Source: a virus (taxonomy: Duplodnaviria; Caudoviricetes). Taken from it: a stretch of 52,175 bases of DNA. The position numbers were made by a program, and so were the translations under genes. The stretch is from the IMG/VR virus record IMGVR_UViG_3300008255_000163, positions 1 through 52,175 of that record. One strand, 5' to 3'. The notes beneath the pieces are model-generated. The model was not told where the DNA came from. It ran no database searches and saw only the letters and a program-made list of their open reading frames with translations. Positions 36,125-45,097 of the stretch are shown here, piece after piece (positions within the stretch are counted from its first letter, which is position 1; every line of letters starts with the position of its first letter).

Positions 36125-37179
36125 GCCGCCACCTTCCTCCGGAGCACCGAGCACCGGGATGCGAGCGAGTCTTTGATACGCGCAGCGTACTTGTCGCCAG
36201 CTGCGTCCGCGTGCGTCCACACAGCGACATCCGAGCCGTCGGGGATTCGAGCTGCAATCGCATCGCACCATGAGCCAGCGTAGACGCCAATCACGCCGTA
36301 CGACGGCGGGCCTTGGTTTACCGGCACGTCGCTCGCCATCGTCAGAAAGTCCGGCTCGCCCTCGACGACCACGAAGCGAGGCGGGTTCGGATTCCTCACA
36401 GGCCAACCAGCCTTGACCACCATCCGACTGAGCGTGTCGAGCATCACCAGGCCGGACACGCGATGCCCGGACGGCGGCAGTCGCTTCGGTGAGTCGCCAT
36501 CGACGATGCGGCCTGCTCGCACGCTGCGCACGGCCCCCGTGTCGTCGTAGAGCGGCACGATGAGCCGGTGACCTGTATCGACCCATGACTGGCGTCGATA
36601 CCGAGCCCACGCCGGCAAGGATTCGAGCGACGGTGGCAACGCGTAGGCCAGCCCCCGAACCGACACGTCCATCGGGTCGAGACCTCGGCCAACGAGCCAG
36701 TCCCACACGCCACGATCCTCGTCCACCCGACGACACGCGGTCAGCAGATCAAGCACCTCGACCTTTGGAGGGTAGTCGCGCTCGGGTTCTGGCTCTGGAT
36801 TCTCGCGTTTCGGCATGGGCTCTGCCGCACGCCGCGTCTCCCGGCCTTCGATGGCGTCGACAACGTCCCACCGCCCCACGAGCTCCGCGGCCCGAACAAG
36901 CACCCTCGGGAAGTCACTCATCACGTCGAGTCCGGCGCACTGAGCTACAGCGGCAAACACGTCCCACGTTTGATCGCAGCTGAAGCAGTGGAACCGCAGC
37001 GTCCCCTCGCGACCGATGGTCACCGAGCACGACGGCGACTTGTCCGCGTGCCACAGGCACTGGATGAGCGCGTTGCGACCTTCGCGACGAGCTCGCACCC
37101 CGAGGCGTTCGCACGCGCTGAACGTTCCAAGCTTGGCCCAGTCATCTGCGACTTCGCGCTTGTGATCATCGCCCAACAT
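36121..37179 (-). CDS. DNA primase (CHC2 zinc finger + TOPRIM)
   Basis: CLWHADKSPS…FHCFSC; VVVEGEPDFL; HADAAG. Confidence 0.85.
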   Translation of the reverse strand: MLGDDHKREVADDWAKLGTFSACERLGVRARREGRNALIQCLWHADKSPSCSVTIGREGTLRFHCFSCDQTWDVFAAVAQCAGLDVMSDFPRVLVRAAELVGRWDVVDAIEGRETRRAAEPMPKRENPEPEPERDYPPKVEVLDLLTACRRVDEDRGVWDWLVGRGLDPMDVSVRGLAYALPPSLESLPAWARYRRQSWVDTGHRLIVPLYDDTGAVRSVRAGRIVDGDSPKRLPPSGHRVSGLVMLDTLSRMVVKAGWPVRNPNPPRFVVVEGEPDFLTMASDVPVNQGPPSYGVIGVYAGSWCDAIAARIPDGSDVAVWTHADAAGDKYAARIKDSLASRCSVLRRKVAA

Positions 37180-38219
37180 CACACCCTCTTGCCCGCAAAC
37201 GCGGCGAGCGCGGTCTTGAGTTCTTCCGGCATCGGAATGCCCGTGTCCCGTTCGGCGTGTCTCGGATCCGACGTCGGCTCGGACCACGGCTCCCAGGACT
37301 CAGACTCCGAATCGGACTCCTCGGCGAGGGCGGACAGCCGCTCAACCTGCCCAGCGTCGCGCAGCACCGTGTCGATATCCCGCCAGCCTCCTGGGCGCGA
37401 CTTCGGGTCCCGGCCCATCAGGAAGTCGTCCTTCTTCGCCCCGTCGATGGCTTTCACCAACTCCTCGACGGTGAAGCCTTCCGCGAGCCTGGCGTTGATT
37501 CGAGCAATCCGCCTATCGGTCTGCTTCGCCTTCGGCATCAGCTCGGTCTGCCAGTGGTTGAACACCGTCTGAGCGTCCGATGCCTTTTGCTCGGTCGGCT
37601 TGGTTGACGGTATCAGCGATGGCTGGATGTCGGGTTTTGCAACAGGTGTTCCCTGGGGGACTATAGGGGGATCTGTTAAGGGACGGGACGGGACGGGACG
37701 GGGCAGAATCGTGCTACGGCAATCGCCATGGTCGTTGCCACAGTCATGGTTAGTGTTTTCGCATACTTGACCGTTGTTCTCGGATTCATCCGTTCGCGGT
37801 TCGTTCCCAATCCGATACAAATCCGTTCGCAGTTCTTTCGCAGTTCTTTCGCAGTTCTCTCCTGGTTCTTTCGCAGTTCTCTCGCGATCCTTTTGAGCTT
37901 TCGCCTCGCCGCCTTTCCGTCCTGCCTCTCGTCTCGCGTTGCTCTTGTCTTCAACGGCTTTCCGACTTGGGTTGTAAACAAGGAAGTCGTGAATCTGATA
38001 CCCGCCATCCGCATGGTCCAGCAAGCCGACGTCGACAAGGCGTTTCCAAACCCGAACATCGCCGCACAGTCTGCGAGCAGCGGATTTGGACACGAATCCG
38101 TCCGTCATCTTGTTCGACGAAAACTGCCCAGCACGACACCAAACCCCGTATGCCCGGTCGCCTGCTGCAAGCACCTTGTCATGGTCATAGCCGTTGTCGT
38201 CCAGTCGAAACCAGCTCAT
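37179..38219 (-). CDS. Phage replication initiator/replisome organizer
   Basis: MSWFRLDD…TDGFV…GYQIHDFLVYNPS N-terminus, PRPVPSRP linker, C-terminal helical domain; internal iterons. Confidence 0.8.
   Translation of the reverse strand: MSWFRLDDNGYDHDKVLAAGDRAYGVWCRAGQFSSNKMTDGFVSKSAARRLCGDVRVWKRLVDVGLLDHADGGYQIHDFLVYNPSRKAVEDKSNARREAGRKGGEAKAQKDRERTAKEPGENCERTAKELRTDLYRIGNEPRTDESENNGQVCENTNHDCGNDHGDCRSTILPRPVPSRPLTDPPIVPQGTPVAKPDIQPSLIPSTKPTEQKASDAQTVFNHWQTELMPKAKQTDRRIARINARLAEGFTVEELVKAIDGAKKDDFLMGRDPKSRPGGWRDIDTVLRDAGQVERLSALAEESDSESESWEPWSEPTSDPRHAERDTGIPMPEELKTALAAFAGKRV
37680..37703. repeat. (GGGAC)n short tandem repeat in initiator linker
   Basis: GGGACGGGACGGGACGGGACGGG. Confidence 0.85.
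37826..37880. repeat. 11-bp iteron array, probable replication origin
   Basis: TTCGCAGTTCT at 37826, 37837, 37848 and 37870, plus degenerate CTCCTGGTTCT at 37859. Confidence 0.8.
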
Positions 38220-38851
38220 GGACACATACCCTCGTTGCGTAGCCACTGCGCCGGCTTGACGGCCTTCCACTGCGCCCCATTCTTCGCCTGGGCCCACACG
38301 TCATCCGCGTCGTCGAAGTCGCCTACGAAGCGCTTTCCGTCGTAGTGGTCGCACATCCTCGACGCCCACGAAAGACTGTCGTGAAAGAACGAACGCTCTC
38401 CGCATTCGCGGCATGCAAACAGCGACGCAACGTCGTAGACGTGCTCCCCATCGGGGCCGACCGGAGAGCCCAGCAGGCCGATCGCCTTGCCGTGCATTAC
38501 GGTGGAGTCGATGAGGGTGGCGCCAAGAACGAGCAGCTCGAACTCCATCCCAGCGGCGTACGCTTCGAGTTCAACCGCACGCTGCCGAAGCGCGGAAACG
38601 TCCAGCACCGGCTTTACGTCGACAAGGATCGTGGTGTGCCCGAGAAGTGCGAAGTCAGGAATGTAGCCGTCCAGGTCAAACGGCTCGTATTCCCAATTCC
38701 ACTTGCACAGGTCGAAGAATCGAGCCCAAGTGGCTTCGAGCCTGGAGCGGAAATTGATTCCGTTGTATTCGGTGGGGATGCCTCGCGTCGGATACTGACC
38801 GTGCGTTCTCTTGACGACGTGCGACGCGGGAGATACGTTACCCGTGTTCAT
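38216..38851 (-). CDS. PD-(D/E)xK-like nuclease family protein (start could extend to 38947)
   Basis: 'TEYNGINFRSRLEATWARFFD…WEYEP…YIPDF…VDVK'. Confidence 0.75.
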   Translation of the reverse strand: MNTGNVSPASHVVKRTHGQYPTRGIPTEYNGINFRSRLEATWARFFDLCKWNWEYEPFDLDGYIPDFALLGHTTILVDVKPVLDVSALRQRAVELEAYAAGMEFELLVLGATLIDSTVMHGKAIGLLGSPVGPDGEHVYDVASLFACRECGERSFFHDSLSWASRMCDHYDGKRFVGDFDDADDVWAQAKNGAQWKAVKPAQWLRNEGMCP

Positions 38852-38947
38852 GAGACCTAACCTCTCGTGAGCCATGGCCCCGGTGGTTCCAGCCACGCGG
38901 GGTCGCTTTCGTAATGTGCTGCACGTTGAGGCATAGCGCAAGCTCAT

Positions 38948-39889
38948 TTACCCAACCTCCGGCACTTCGGACCACACGCGTCCGTCCAGCTGCGGCCACT
39001 CCCGCACGCGAAGGTCCTCGGGCCATTCGTCGGGGTCGGCTCCGTGTCGGTCGCTGGTCACATACGGGGCGCCATACCTCCACTCGTCGACGGTTATCTG
39101 CTCGTCGATAATGGCGTTGGCCCCGAGCTGCTTCACGAAGTAAGCGGTCCAGGACGTGGAGCACTGGTCGCGAATCGAGCGGATCCACTCCACGTTGCAC
39201 GGCCTAGCGTTGGGGCCGGACTCGCCTCCGACGATGACCCAATCCAGTCCCCATGGCACCTTGAAAGTTTGGCAAGCCGAGCTGTGTTGGCCTGCCCCTT
39301 CCATCGCTGGCACGCCGCAGTCGCACGGGTCATCAAGCCACCGCCTGAAGTCCACCGCCTCCAGCAACGGCTCAGCACTCACGAACCTCACCGCCGCCGG
39401 GCACTTGAGTAGCAGTGGGAGCCGCTCGTTGGCGCGCTGTTGGTCCTCCGCGGTGACTCCCAACCAGACGTTGAGGAGGGGCGTGGCAGTCGGGCCTCGC
39501 TTCGACAGCCACTCGAAAAACTCCAGCATCCTACCCGGTCGTTTGGTCAGGATCTGGAACGTGTGCTGAGGGCAAGCCACCGCAACGCCGAAGATCGCGG
39601 CGATGAACTCGAAGGGGACCGTCGGGTGGAACGTGTCGCCGAGGTCATTGACGAAGATCTTTCTCGGTCGCTTCCACCGCAACGGCTGGTCCAGTCGATG
39701 CGGAAGCAGCCCGGTTTGCCCCGTCCACTTGCCCCCGCTTGTCACGTCTCCGTACACGGGAAGGTGTTTCATTCGCGTCGACAGAAGCTTTTCGGCGTAG
39801 CAATTGGCACACCCCGGCGACGCCTTTGAGCAACCAACCACGGTATTCCACGTGGCATCGGTCCACGCGATCTTGGTCTTGTCACCCAC
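38948..39889 (-). CDS. DUF5131 / phage Gp37Gp68 family protein
   Basis: 'TKIAWTDATWN..VGCSKASPGCANCYAE', 'FQILTKRP', 'WVIVGGESG'. Confidence 0.93.
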   Translation of the reverse strand: MGDKTKIAWTDATWNTVVGCSKASPGCANCYAEKLLSTRMKHLPVYGDVTSGGKWTGQTGLLPHRLDQPLRWKRPRKIFVNDLGDTFHPTVPFEFIAAIFGVAVACPQHTFQILTKRPGRMLEFFEWLSKRGPTATPLLNVWLGVTAEDQQRANERLPLLLKCPAAVRFVSAEPLLEAVDFRRWLDDPCDCGVPAMEGAGQHSSACQTFKVPWGLDWVIVGGESGPNARPCNVEWIRSIRDQCSTSWTAYFVKQLGANAIIDEQITVDEWRYGAPYVTSDRHGADPDEWPEDLRVREWPQLDGRVWSEVPEVG

Positions 39890-40451
39890 GACTCACCTCC
39901 AACCGGCTCCACCGTCCCCCGCGACCCTCCCCAAACACGAACCAGGCGTAGTCGCACGAGTCCGTGCCATTGCCAGTGAATGAAGGCCGCTTCGGCAGCA
40001 CGAAAACGTCCGCCGGGTACTCCCGCCAAAATGCGGCTCGCTTCTGCCCAGCCACAAACGCGAGACGGAGCAGCGCGGCGACCGTGTTTACCTCGGACAG
40101 GCACCGGCGCAACATCTCCTCAGCGATACCGTACGGCGGATTGGTGACGACTACGGTGCCGGGCTCCATCGACCAGCCCACGAGCGTCGAGAGCGCGTCA
40201 GCGTGGCTGCATCCATGGCCCCGTCGAACACACTCCGCCGAACGCTCGGAATCGATTTCGAATCCGACCGTCGCAATGCCTGGCCGGGTCCGCTTCGCGA
40301 CATCGAGGATTGCGCCGACTCCAGCGCAAGGGTCGAGGACGTATTGGGTGGCGTCGTCGACAACGTGCGGCAGAATCAGTTCCGTGCACCACGCCGGCGT
40401 ATCGTACTGGTCAAGCCCGTTGCGAACGAGCGAACGACCTGTTGAACTCAT
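39882..40451 (-). CDS. Small DNA amino-methyltransferase (NPPY)
   Basis: 'DQYDTP', 'VLDPCAGVG', 'VVTNPPY', 'RPSFTG'. Confidence 0.85.
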   Translation of the reverse strand: MSSTGRSLVRNGLDQYDTPAWCTELILPHVVDDATQYVLDPCAGVGAILDVAKRTRPGIATVGFEIDSERSAECVRRGHGCSHADALSTLVGWSMEPGTVVVTNPPYGIAEEMLRRCLSEVNTVAALLRLAFVAGQKRAAFWREYPADVFVLPKRPSFTGNGTDSCDYAWFVFGEGRGGRWSRLEVSRG

Positions 40452-41254
40452 GATGCCTCCTCAATTCCAATCCTGGACGTGGCAATCCGCACCGCCTCTT
40501 CGCTCGAGTCGATGCCGATCGCTGGACGTCCAAGCCGGTGAGCAACCGCGATGCTCGTCCCGCTCCCCATGTACGGATCCAGCACCAGGTCGCCCTCGTT
40601 GGTGCATGCTGTGATGAGTCGTTCGAGGAGCGCCTCGGGCTTTTGGGTCGGATACCCCGTCCGCTCAAGAGCACGCGGGGCGACGATGGGTATCTCCCAG
40701 ACGTCGCCAAGCGGGACTCCGGGGGATGGCTCCGAGGTGGTTGTGCTCCGCCGCCGACGTCCGCTCTCGTCAACTTCTGCGAGCTGCCGACCGGTTCCCC
40801 AGTGCTTGACCGTGGACGCCGCCAGCGGCTCGTAGAGCTGATTCCAACGGTGGTCACTCTCGGGGTCTCGCACCCACCGGAACAGCGTGTCGTGCACACG
40901 TTGGAAGTTCCGAGTCCTCGCGGGCCAGCGCCGATACCGCCAAACGATCTCGCTCGCGAAGCAGTCGGGGCCGAACACCTCGTCGCCGAGCACCCGGACG
41001 TACCCCGCAGCGTGCCAGTCGACGTGGACCACGCAGCACCCGTGGGGGGCGAGCAGCTCGCGAACGGCCTCGAGGCGAGGACGCAGATGAGCGATGTGGT
41101 CCTGGATGCACGCCCACCGATCGTCGAAGGCTCGCACGCCCTCTCGCGTCTCGTAGACCCGGCCAGTGTTGTACGGCGGATCGAGATACGCGAGCGTGAC
41201 CGTCTCGGCGGCGAGTCGACGCATGATGTCGAGGTTGTCGCCGTGATGAATCAT
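40448..41254 (-). CDS. DNA N6-adenine/N4-cytosine methyltransferase (beta class)
   Basis: MIHHGDNL…YLDPPY…YPTQKP…VLDPYMGSGTS. Confidence 0.93.
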   Translation of the reverse strand: MIHHGDNLDIMRRLAAETVTLAYLDPPYNTGRVYETREGVRAFDDRWACIQDHIAHLRPRLEAVRELLAPHGCCVVHVDWHAAGYVRVLGDEVFGPDCFASEIVWRYRRWPARTRNFQRVHDTLFRWVRDPESDHRWNQLYEPLAASTVKHWGTGRQLAEVDESGRRRRSTTTSEPSPGVPLGDVWEIPIVAPRALERTGYPTQKPEALLERLITACTNEGDLVLDPYMGSGTSIAVAHRLGRPAIGIDSSEEAVRIATSRIGIEEAS

Positions 41255-42804
41255 GCGCTCATCTCCCGCGCTCGTCCGAGTACGTTGGCGGCAACAACCG
41301 CCTCCGCGACCTGGGGACAAACCGAGTTTCCGGCCAGCGCGATCTGCGCTGTCTTCGTCAGCGGCTTGCCGTTGAACTCCGGCGCTACCTCGTAGTCGGT
41401 CGGGAACCCCTGCGCGGCGAACAGCTCGTGGGGCTGGAGCATCCGCATGCCGATGTCGACGATCTGGTAGGCCTCGCCAGCCACCAGCACGAGACCAAAC
41501 CGATTCGCGGTGTCCACGGTCCGCATCGGCGCATCGAGAGGAAGGACTCGCTGACGCTCCCCACCGTGGTACTTCATCAAGAACGCGCGAACCTCGCCAA
41601 GGTGCCCGCCCCCCTTCCCGCCGCCAGCGGTGATGGTGGGAACCGGCGACGAGCAGCTCGAGCCCGTGGAAGTGCCGTAGAACTTCGTGAGGAAGGCGCT
41701 CGTTAGCGCGTGGTGGTCCTTGGCCGTGACAGTGCCGAGCGTGCGGTCGACGGGGTGGCCGACCATTCCACCGTAATGCTTGGTGATGATCGGCATCACG
41801 AGGTGCTTGTCGTTGGTGGCGCACACCGTGCCGAGCGGGGCTTCGAGCGACTGACCGCGGAACGTTCCGGCGCCGCAGCCTTCTCGCAGCCCGGCCCCTG
41901 TCTTCGTCGAGTAGTGCCCATGGCGGACGAGGAACGGGGTCACGAGACCGTGGTGCCCACCTCCACGAGCCGTCACCGTGGGAAGCGGGTAGCGAACGCT
42001 GCGTCCAACGGACTGCCCGTAGTGGCTGACGATGAATGGCTCCGCGGCGTCGATGACGTACCGCCGGATGCCCGCTGCAATCCGTCGCATCGTCGCCTCA
42101 GCAAGCGGCCGCCGGCGCTCGAAGATGCTAGGACACGGCAGCGACCAGTCGATGATGTCGGACGCCGGGCGCCACGGTGTTCGTCCCTTGCCGTGCGTCG
42201 GCTCAGGCCAAATGATGTCGCCGCCGTCCCGACGTGCGACCAGGAACAACCGCCGGCGGGTCGTCGGCGTGCCGTAGTCCGCCGCCACCATCGACTTGAA
42301 TTCGACCTCGTAGCCCAGGCTCTTGAGCTTCGAGAGCCACGCCCGGAACGTCTTCCCGACCTTCCCCGGGTCCGGCCGGCCGCCAACCACCGGGCCCCAG
42401 GTCTGGAACTCCTCGACGTTCTCGAGGACGATTACGCGAGGTCGCACGGTGGACGCCCACCGAATGACGACCCAGGCCAGTCCACGGATCGACTTCTTGA
42501 CCGGCTGCGTGCCTTTCGCGCGCGAGAAGTGGGTACAGTCGGGGCTGAACCACGCGAGCCCGACCGGGCGGGATCCGCACGCCTCGCGCGGGTCGACCTC
42601 CCAGATGTTCTCGCAGTAGTGTCGCGTCTCCGGGTGGTTCGCGCGGTGCATCGCGATCGCTTCTGGGCTGTGGTTGATCGCGATGTCGACCGGACGACCG
42701 AGCGCGGCCTCGATGCCTGTGGACGCCCCGCCGCCGCCCGCGAAGTTATCGACCACCAGCTCCCCAGGAAGCGCGTGGAAGGCTCGAATGGTGGGAGCCC
42801 GCAT
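41251..42804 (-). CDS. DNA C5-cytosine methyltransferase
   Basis: DNFAGGGG, SPDCTHFS, LENVEEF, R.RLF, AGNSV; ATG 42804 overlaps integrase TGA. Confidence 0.94.
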   Translation of the reverse strand: MRAPTIRAFHALPGELVVDNFAGGGGASTGIEAALGRPVDIAINHSPEAIAMHRANHPETRHYCENIWEVDPREACGSRPVGLAWFSPDCTHFSRAKGTQPVKKSIRGLAWVVIRWASTVRPRVIVLENVEEFQTWGPVVGGRPDPGKVGKTFRAWLSKLKSLGYEVEFKSMVAADYGTPTTRRRLFLVARRDGGDIIWPEPTHGKGRTPWRPASDIIDWSLPCPSIFERRRPLAEATMRRIAAGIRRYVIDAAEPFIVSHYGQSVGRSVRYPLPTVTARGGGHHGLVTPFLVRHGHYSTKTGAGLREGCGAGTFRGQSLEAPLGTVCATNDKHLVMPIITKHYGGMVGHPVDRTLGTVTAKDHHALTSAFLTKFYGTSTGSSCSSPVPTITAGGGKGGGHLGEVRAFLMKYHGGERQRVLPLDAPMRTVDTANRFGLVLVAGEAYQIVDIGMRMLQPHELFAAQGFPTDYEVAPEFNGKPLTKTAQIALAGNSVCPQVAEAVVAANVLGRAREMSA

Positions 42805-44219
42805 CACGCCCACCCCTCCGCCACCCTGAGCTGCTCCGACATGTCCCGCGGGTCGCCGACGAGTTGTGGAACGTGATCCCATGGCGTCCACGAGGCGTGA
42901 AGTTCAAGGTCGGTGGGGTCGTTCTGTTCCGATACGACCCAAACGGGGCGTGTCTCACCGGATTCGTCTGTGATCTCAACGCAGTGGAATAGGGTTCCTA
43001 AACCGTTGGCCACAAGTTCGACTCTTGTCGGGGGCGCAGTGTTTTCGCTCAACCGTGGGACGTATGTGGGACGTACCTCGGTGTTGTGAACCCGCACAGC
43101 TCGGACGGCGAGGTCATCGACAACGTGTGCGTACATGGCCGTCACGTATGTGGTCGAGTGCCCGAGTAGTGCCGCGACCTCGGCCATGGTCCAGGCCGGT
43201 CCCCACAGTCCACACAGGAGCGACGTGGCGCAGGTGTGACGAAGGTCATGCCACCGCACGCGCCGGTCGATACCAGCGGCCTTCAGCCACTCACTCCATC
43301 GACGAGGAGGCTTTGGGACACCGGTTGGAAGCGCGGGACGACGCTTGCCGCGCACGGTCGGGAACGCCAGGCCAGTAGCGAATCCCTTGCCTCGGTACCC
43401 GGTTTCGCGCCACTGACGCATCGCCTTCTGTGCTGCGTTGATGAGCGGGACGGTGCGAGGCTTGCCACTCTTGGTTGGCATGTCTTCGTGGCCACCGAAG
43501 CGCACCACGAAACGGTCATCGAGGCAGTCGACTAGCCGCAAGGCCCACTGTTCGCCCTCACGGATGCCCGTGTACATGGCGACAGCGACAATAGGCCATT
43601 CAACCGGACTGGAGATTGCTACGGCGTCAAGGAGGCGTCGCTGCTCGTCCAGGGTCAAGTACGTCCACGCGTCGTCAATGCGGCGTTGCTTGGCCGCCTG
43701 GACGCCGTCGGCTGCGTTGATGTCGACTAGCCCGAGTTCCTTGGCGTCGGCAAGCACGAGCCGAACGAGAGTCAGCACTTGGGTGACGCTCGATCGCGAC
43801 AACTTGCGCCCGGTGGGCTTGGAGCACTTCCATCCTGGGGCCGCATCGGTGGCAGCGAGTCGGTCGCGCAGTTCTCGCACCATCCTCGGCGTCACCATGT
43901 CCACCGGGGTGTCACCGATGAGCGTGTTCTGGATGTGCACCTTCCACTTCGATCGCTCCGAATCGACGTTACGCTTCCCCTGGGACTCTCGCTTGCCAAG
44001 CATGACATCTCCGTACGAGGACAACGACACTGCCCCTGAAAGATCGGGCTGTTCGCGAATGACCTCGGAACGAATGGCCTCCCCGATTGCGTCGGCGGCC
44101 TCGGCCGTGGGGGCCGTCCCAAACCGCCTGCGCCCTTTCCCCGGGATCGTCAGACGGATCGAGTGCCTCTCTCCGCGCGCCTCGATGGTTCCAGTCCCCT
44201 TCTTTCGTCTGTTCACCAT
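42804..44219 (-). CDS. int: Tyrosine integrase
   Basis: YTGIREGE, TKSG, HDLRHT, LGH, Y (TAMYAH). Confidence 0.95.
   Translation of the reverse strand: MVNRRKKGTGTIEARGERHSIRLTIPGKGRRRFGTAPTAEAADAIGEAIRSEVIREQPDLSGAVSLSSYGDVMLGKRESQGKRNVDSERSKWKVHIQNTLIGDTPVDMVTPRMVRELRDRLAATDAAPGWKCSKPTGRKLSRSSVTQVLTLVRLVLADAKELGLVDINAADGVQAAKQRRIDDAWTYLTLDEQRRLLDAVAISSPVEWPIVAVAMYTGIREGEQWALRLVDCLDDRFVVRFGGHEDMPTKSGKPRTVPLINAAQKAMRQWRETGYRGKGFATGLAFPTVRGKRRPALPTGVPKPPRRWSEWLKAAGIDRRVRWHDLRHTCATSLLCGLWGPAWTMAEVAALLGHSTTYVTAMYAHVVDDLAVRAVRVHNTEVRPTYVPRLSENTAPPTRVELVANGLGTLFHCVEITDESGETRPVWVVSEQNDPTDLELHASWTPWDHVPQLVGDPRDMSEQLRVAEGWA
42995..43036 (+). other. attP core: 3' half of tRNA-Arg(CCT), inside the integrase ORF
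   Basis: TT CCT AA ACCGT TGGCC ACAAG TTCGACT CTTGT CGGGGGC G; the matching 5' tRNA half is absent upstream. Confidence 0.8.
43055..43075. repeat. Direct repeat, probable integrase arm-type sites
   Basis: GTGGGACGTA x2 (43055, 43066); related GTGGAACGTG at 42866 on the other side of the core. Confidence 0.6.
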
Positions 44220-44437
44220 CCGCCTGCCTTTCGAATCCTTCGCCTCGCCTCAACCCGCTCGGAATCCGAAACTGCCCGGTTGGGCTCAATGACCTTCGCA
44301 GGGCGCCTGCGCCGCTGTTCGCCTTGCATCGCGATCATGGTGCGCAGCAACCCAGTTAGCTCCCGCAGCTCTGTCACGAGCTCCTTGGCCGTCTCGTCAG
44401 TCATCGCACCCGAGCTCCTTCCTGCGATCACGGACAA
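44213..44437 (-). CDS. Small basic protein upstream of int (possible Xis/regulator)
   Basis: Arg-rich, overlaps int start; function inferred from position only. Confidence 0.5.
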   Translation of the reverse strand: MSVIAGRSSGAMTDETAKELVTELRELTGLLRTMIAMQGEQRRRRPAKVIEPNRAVSDSERVEARRRIRKAGGW

Positions 44438-44461
44438 GGTCTATGAGGCATTCGGCACCCA

Positions 44462-45097
44462 TCAGATATGTGCCTCCATCGCTTGATCAAGCCGCGGCCA
44501 ACTCGCGTCCAGCCCCAGCTCTGCCGCCCGGTGCAAGAACTCCATCTCAGCACGCTGCGGTGTCCAAGGATGGATGCGTTCAGCCAGGGGCGTTCCGTCA
44601 CGACGCCACGGCCGCGGAGGAGGCGCCATCAGATCCCGGCGCTCGGTTGCGAGCATCACCAGGTCCGCCTCGTCCACCGACGGCGGCTGCTCCTTGGGCA
44701 GCCCGAACCGCTCGCAGACAGCAGCCATGACGCGCGACTCAGCCTCACGGTACCACGCGGCCCCCGCCGAGTGCTTGATTGGCCGGATGAGGTCGATGAC
44801 GTACGCTTCGCCAGCGTCGTGCATGAGCCCCCAGAGGGCATCCTCGCGGGGCACGATCTGGCTCACGAGCACGCTGTGATGAGCCACAGAGTAAAATACC
44901 TGCGAGTGGCCCCCGTACCTGCACAGGTTGGACAACGCGTGGGCGATGTCGATGATGTCGACGTCCTCAGCACGCGGATCGAGCGGCCAGAACACGCGCC
45001 CCGTGTAGGTCTGCATCCAGTCGCCTCGGATGTTCACGTCGTGGTCCATCGGTTCCTCGTTCTCCTTGGGCGCGGTGTGCGGACTTGCGAGGTTCAT
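44462..45097 (-). CDS. HD-domain 5'-deoxynucleotidase-like protein (YfdR/YfbR-like)
   Basis: 'DIAHALSNLCRYGGH..FYSVAHHS', 'LMHDAGEAY..D'. Confidence 0.9.
   Translation of the reverse strand: MNLASPHTAPKENEEPMDHDVNIRGDWMQTYTGRVFWPLDPRAEDVDIIDIAHALSNLCRYGGHSQVFYSVAHHSVLVSQIVPREDALWGLMHDAGEAYVIDLIRPIKHSAGAAWYREAESRVMAAVCERFGLPKEQPPSVDEADLVMLATERRDLMAPPPRPWRRDGTPLAERIHPWTPQRAEMEFLHRAAELGLDASWPRLDQAMEAHI

Noticed and set aside
20977-37880. CRISPR array or diversity-generating retroelement from the repeats in this span
   Set aside because: Repeats are short tandem coding units or iterons with no spacers; no cas or reverse transcriptase gene and no TR/VR pair was noticed.
42961-43040. Complete tRNA-Arg gene
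   Set aside because: No 5' acceptor strand, D-arm or 5' anticodon-stem strand; only the 3' half is present, consistent with attP.
44462-45097. DatZ / 2-aminoadenine (Z-genome) pathway
   Set aside because: HD protein present but no PurZ, MazZ or DNA polymerase in the window; context fits YfdR.
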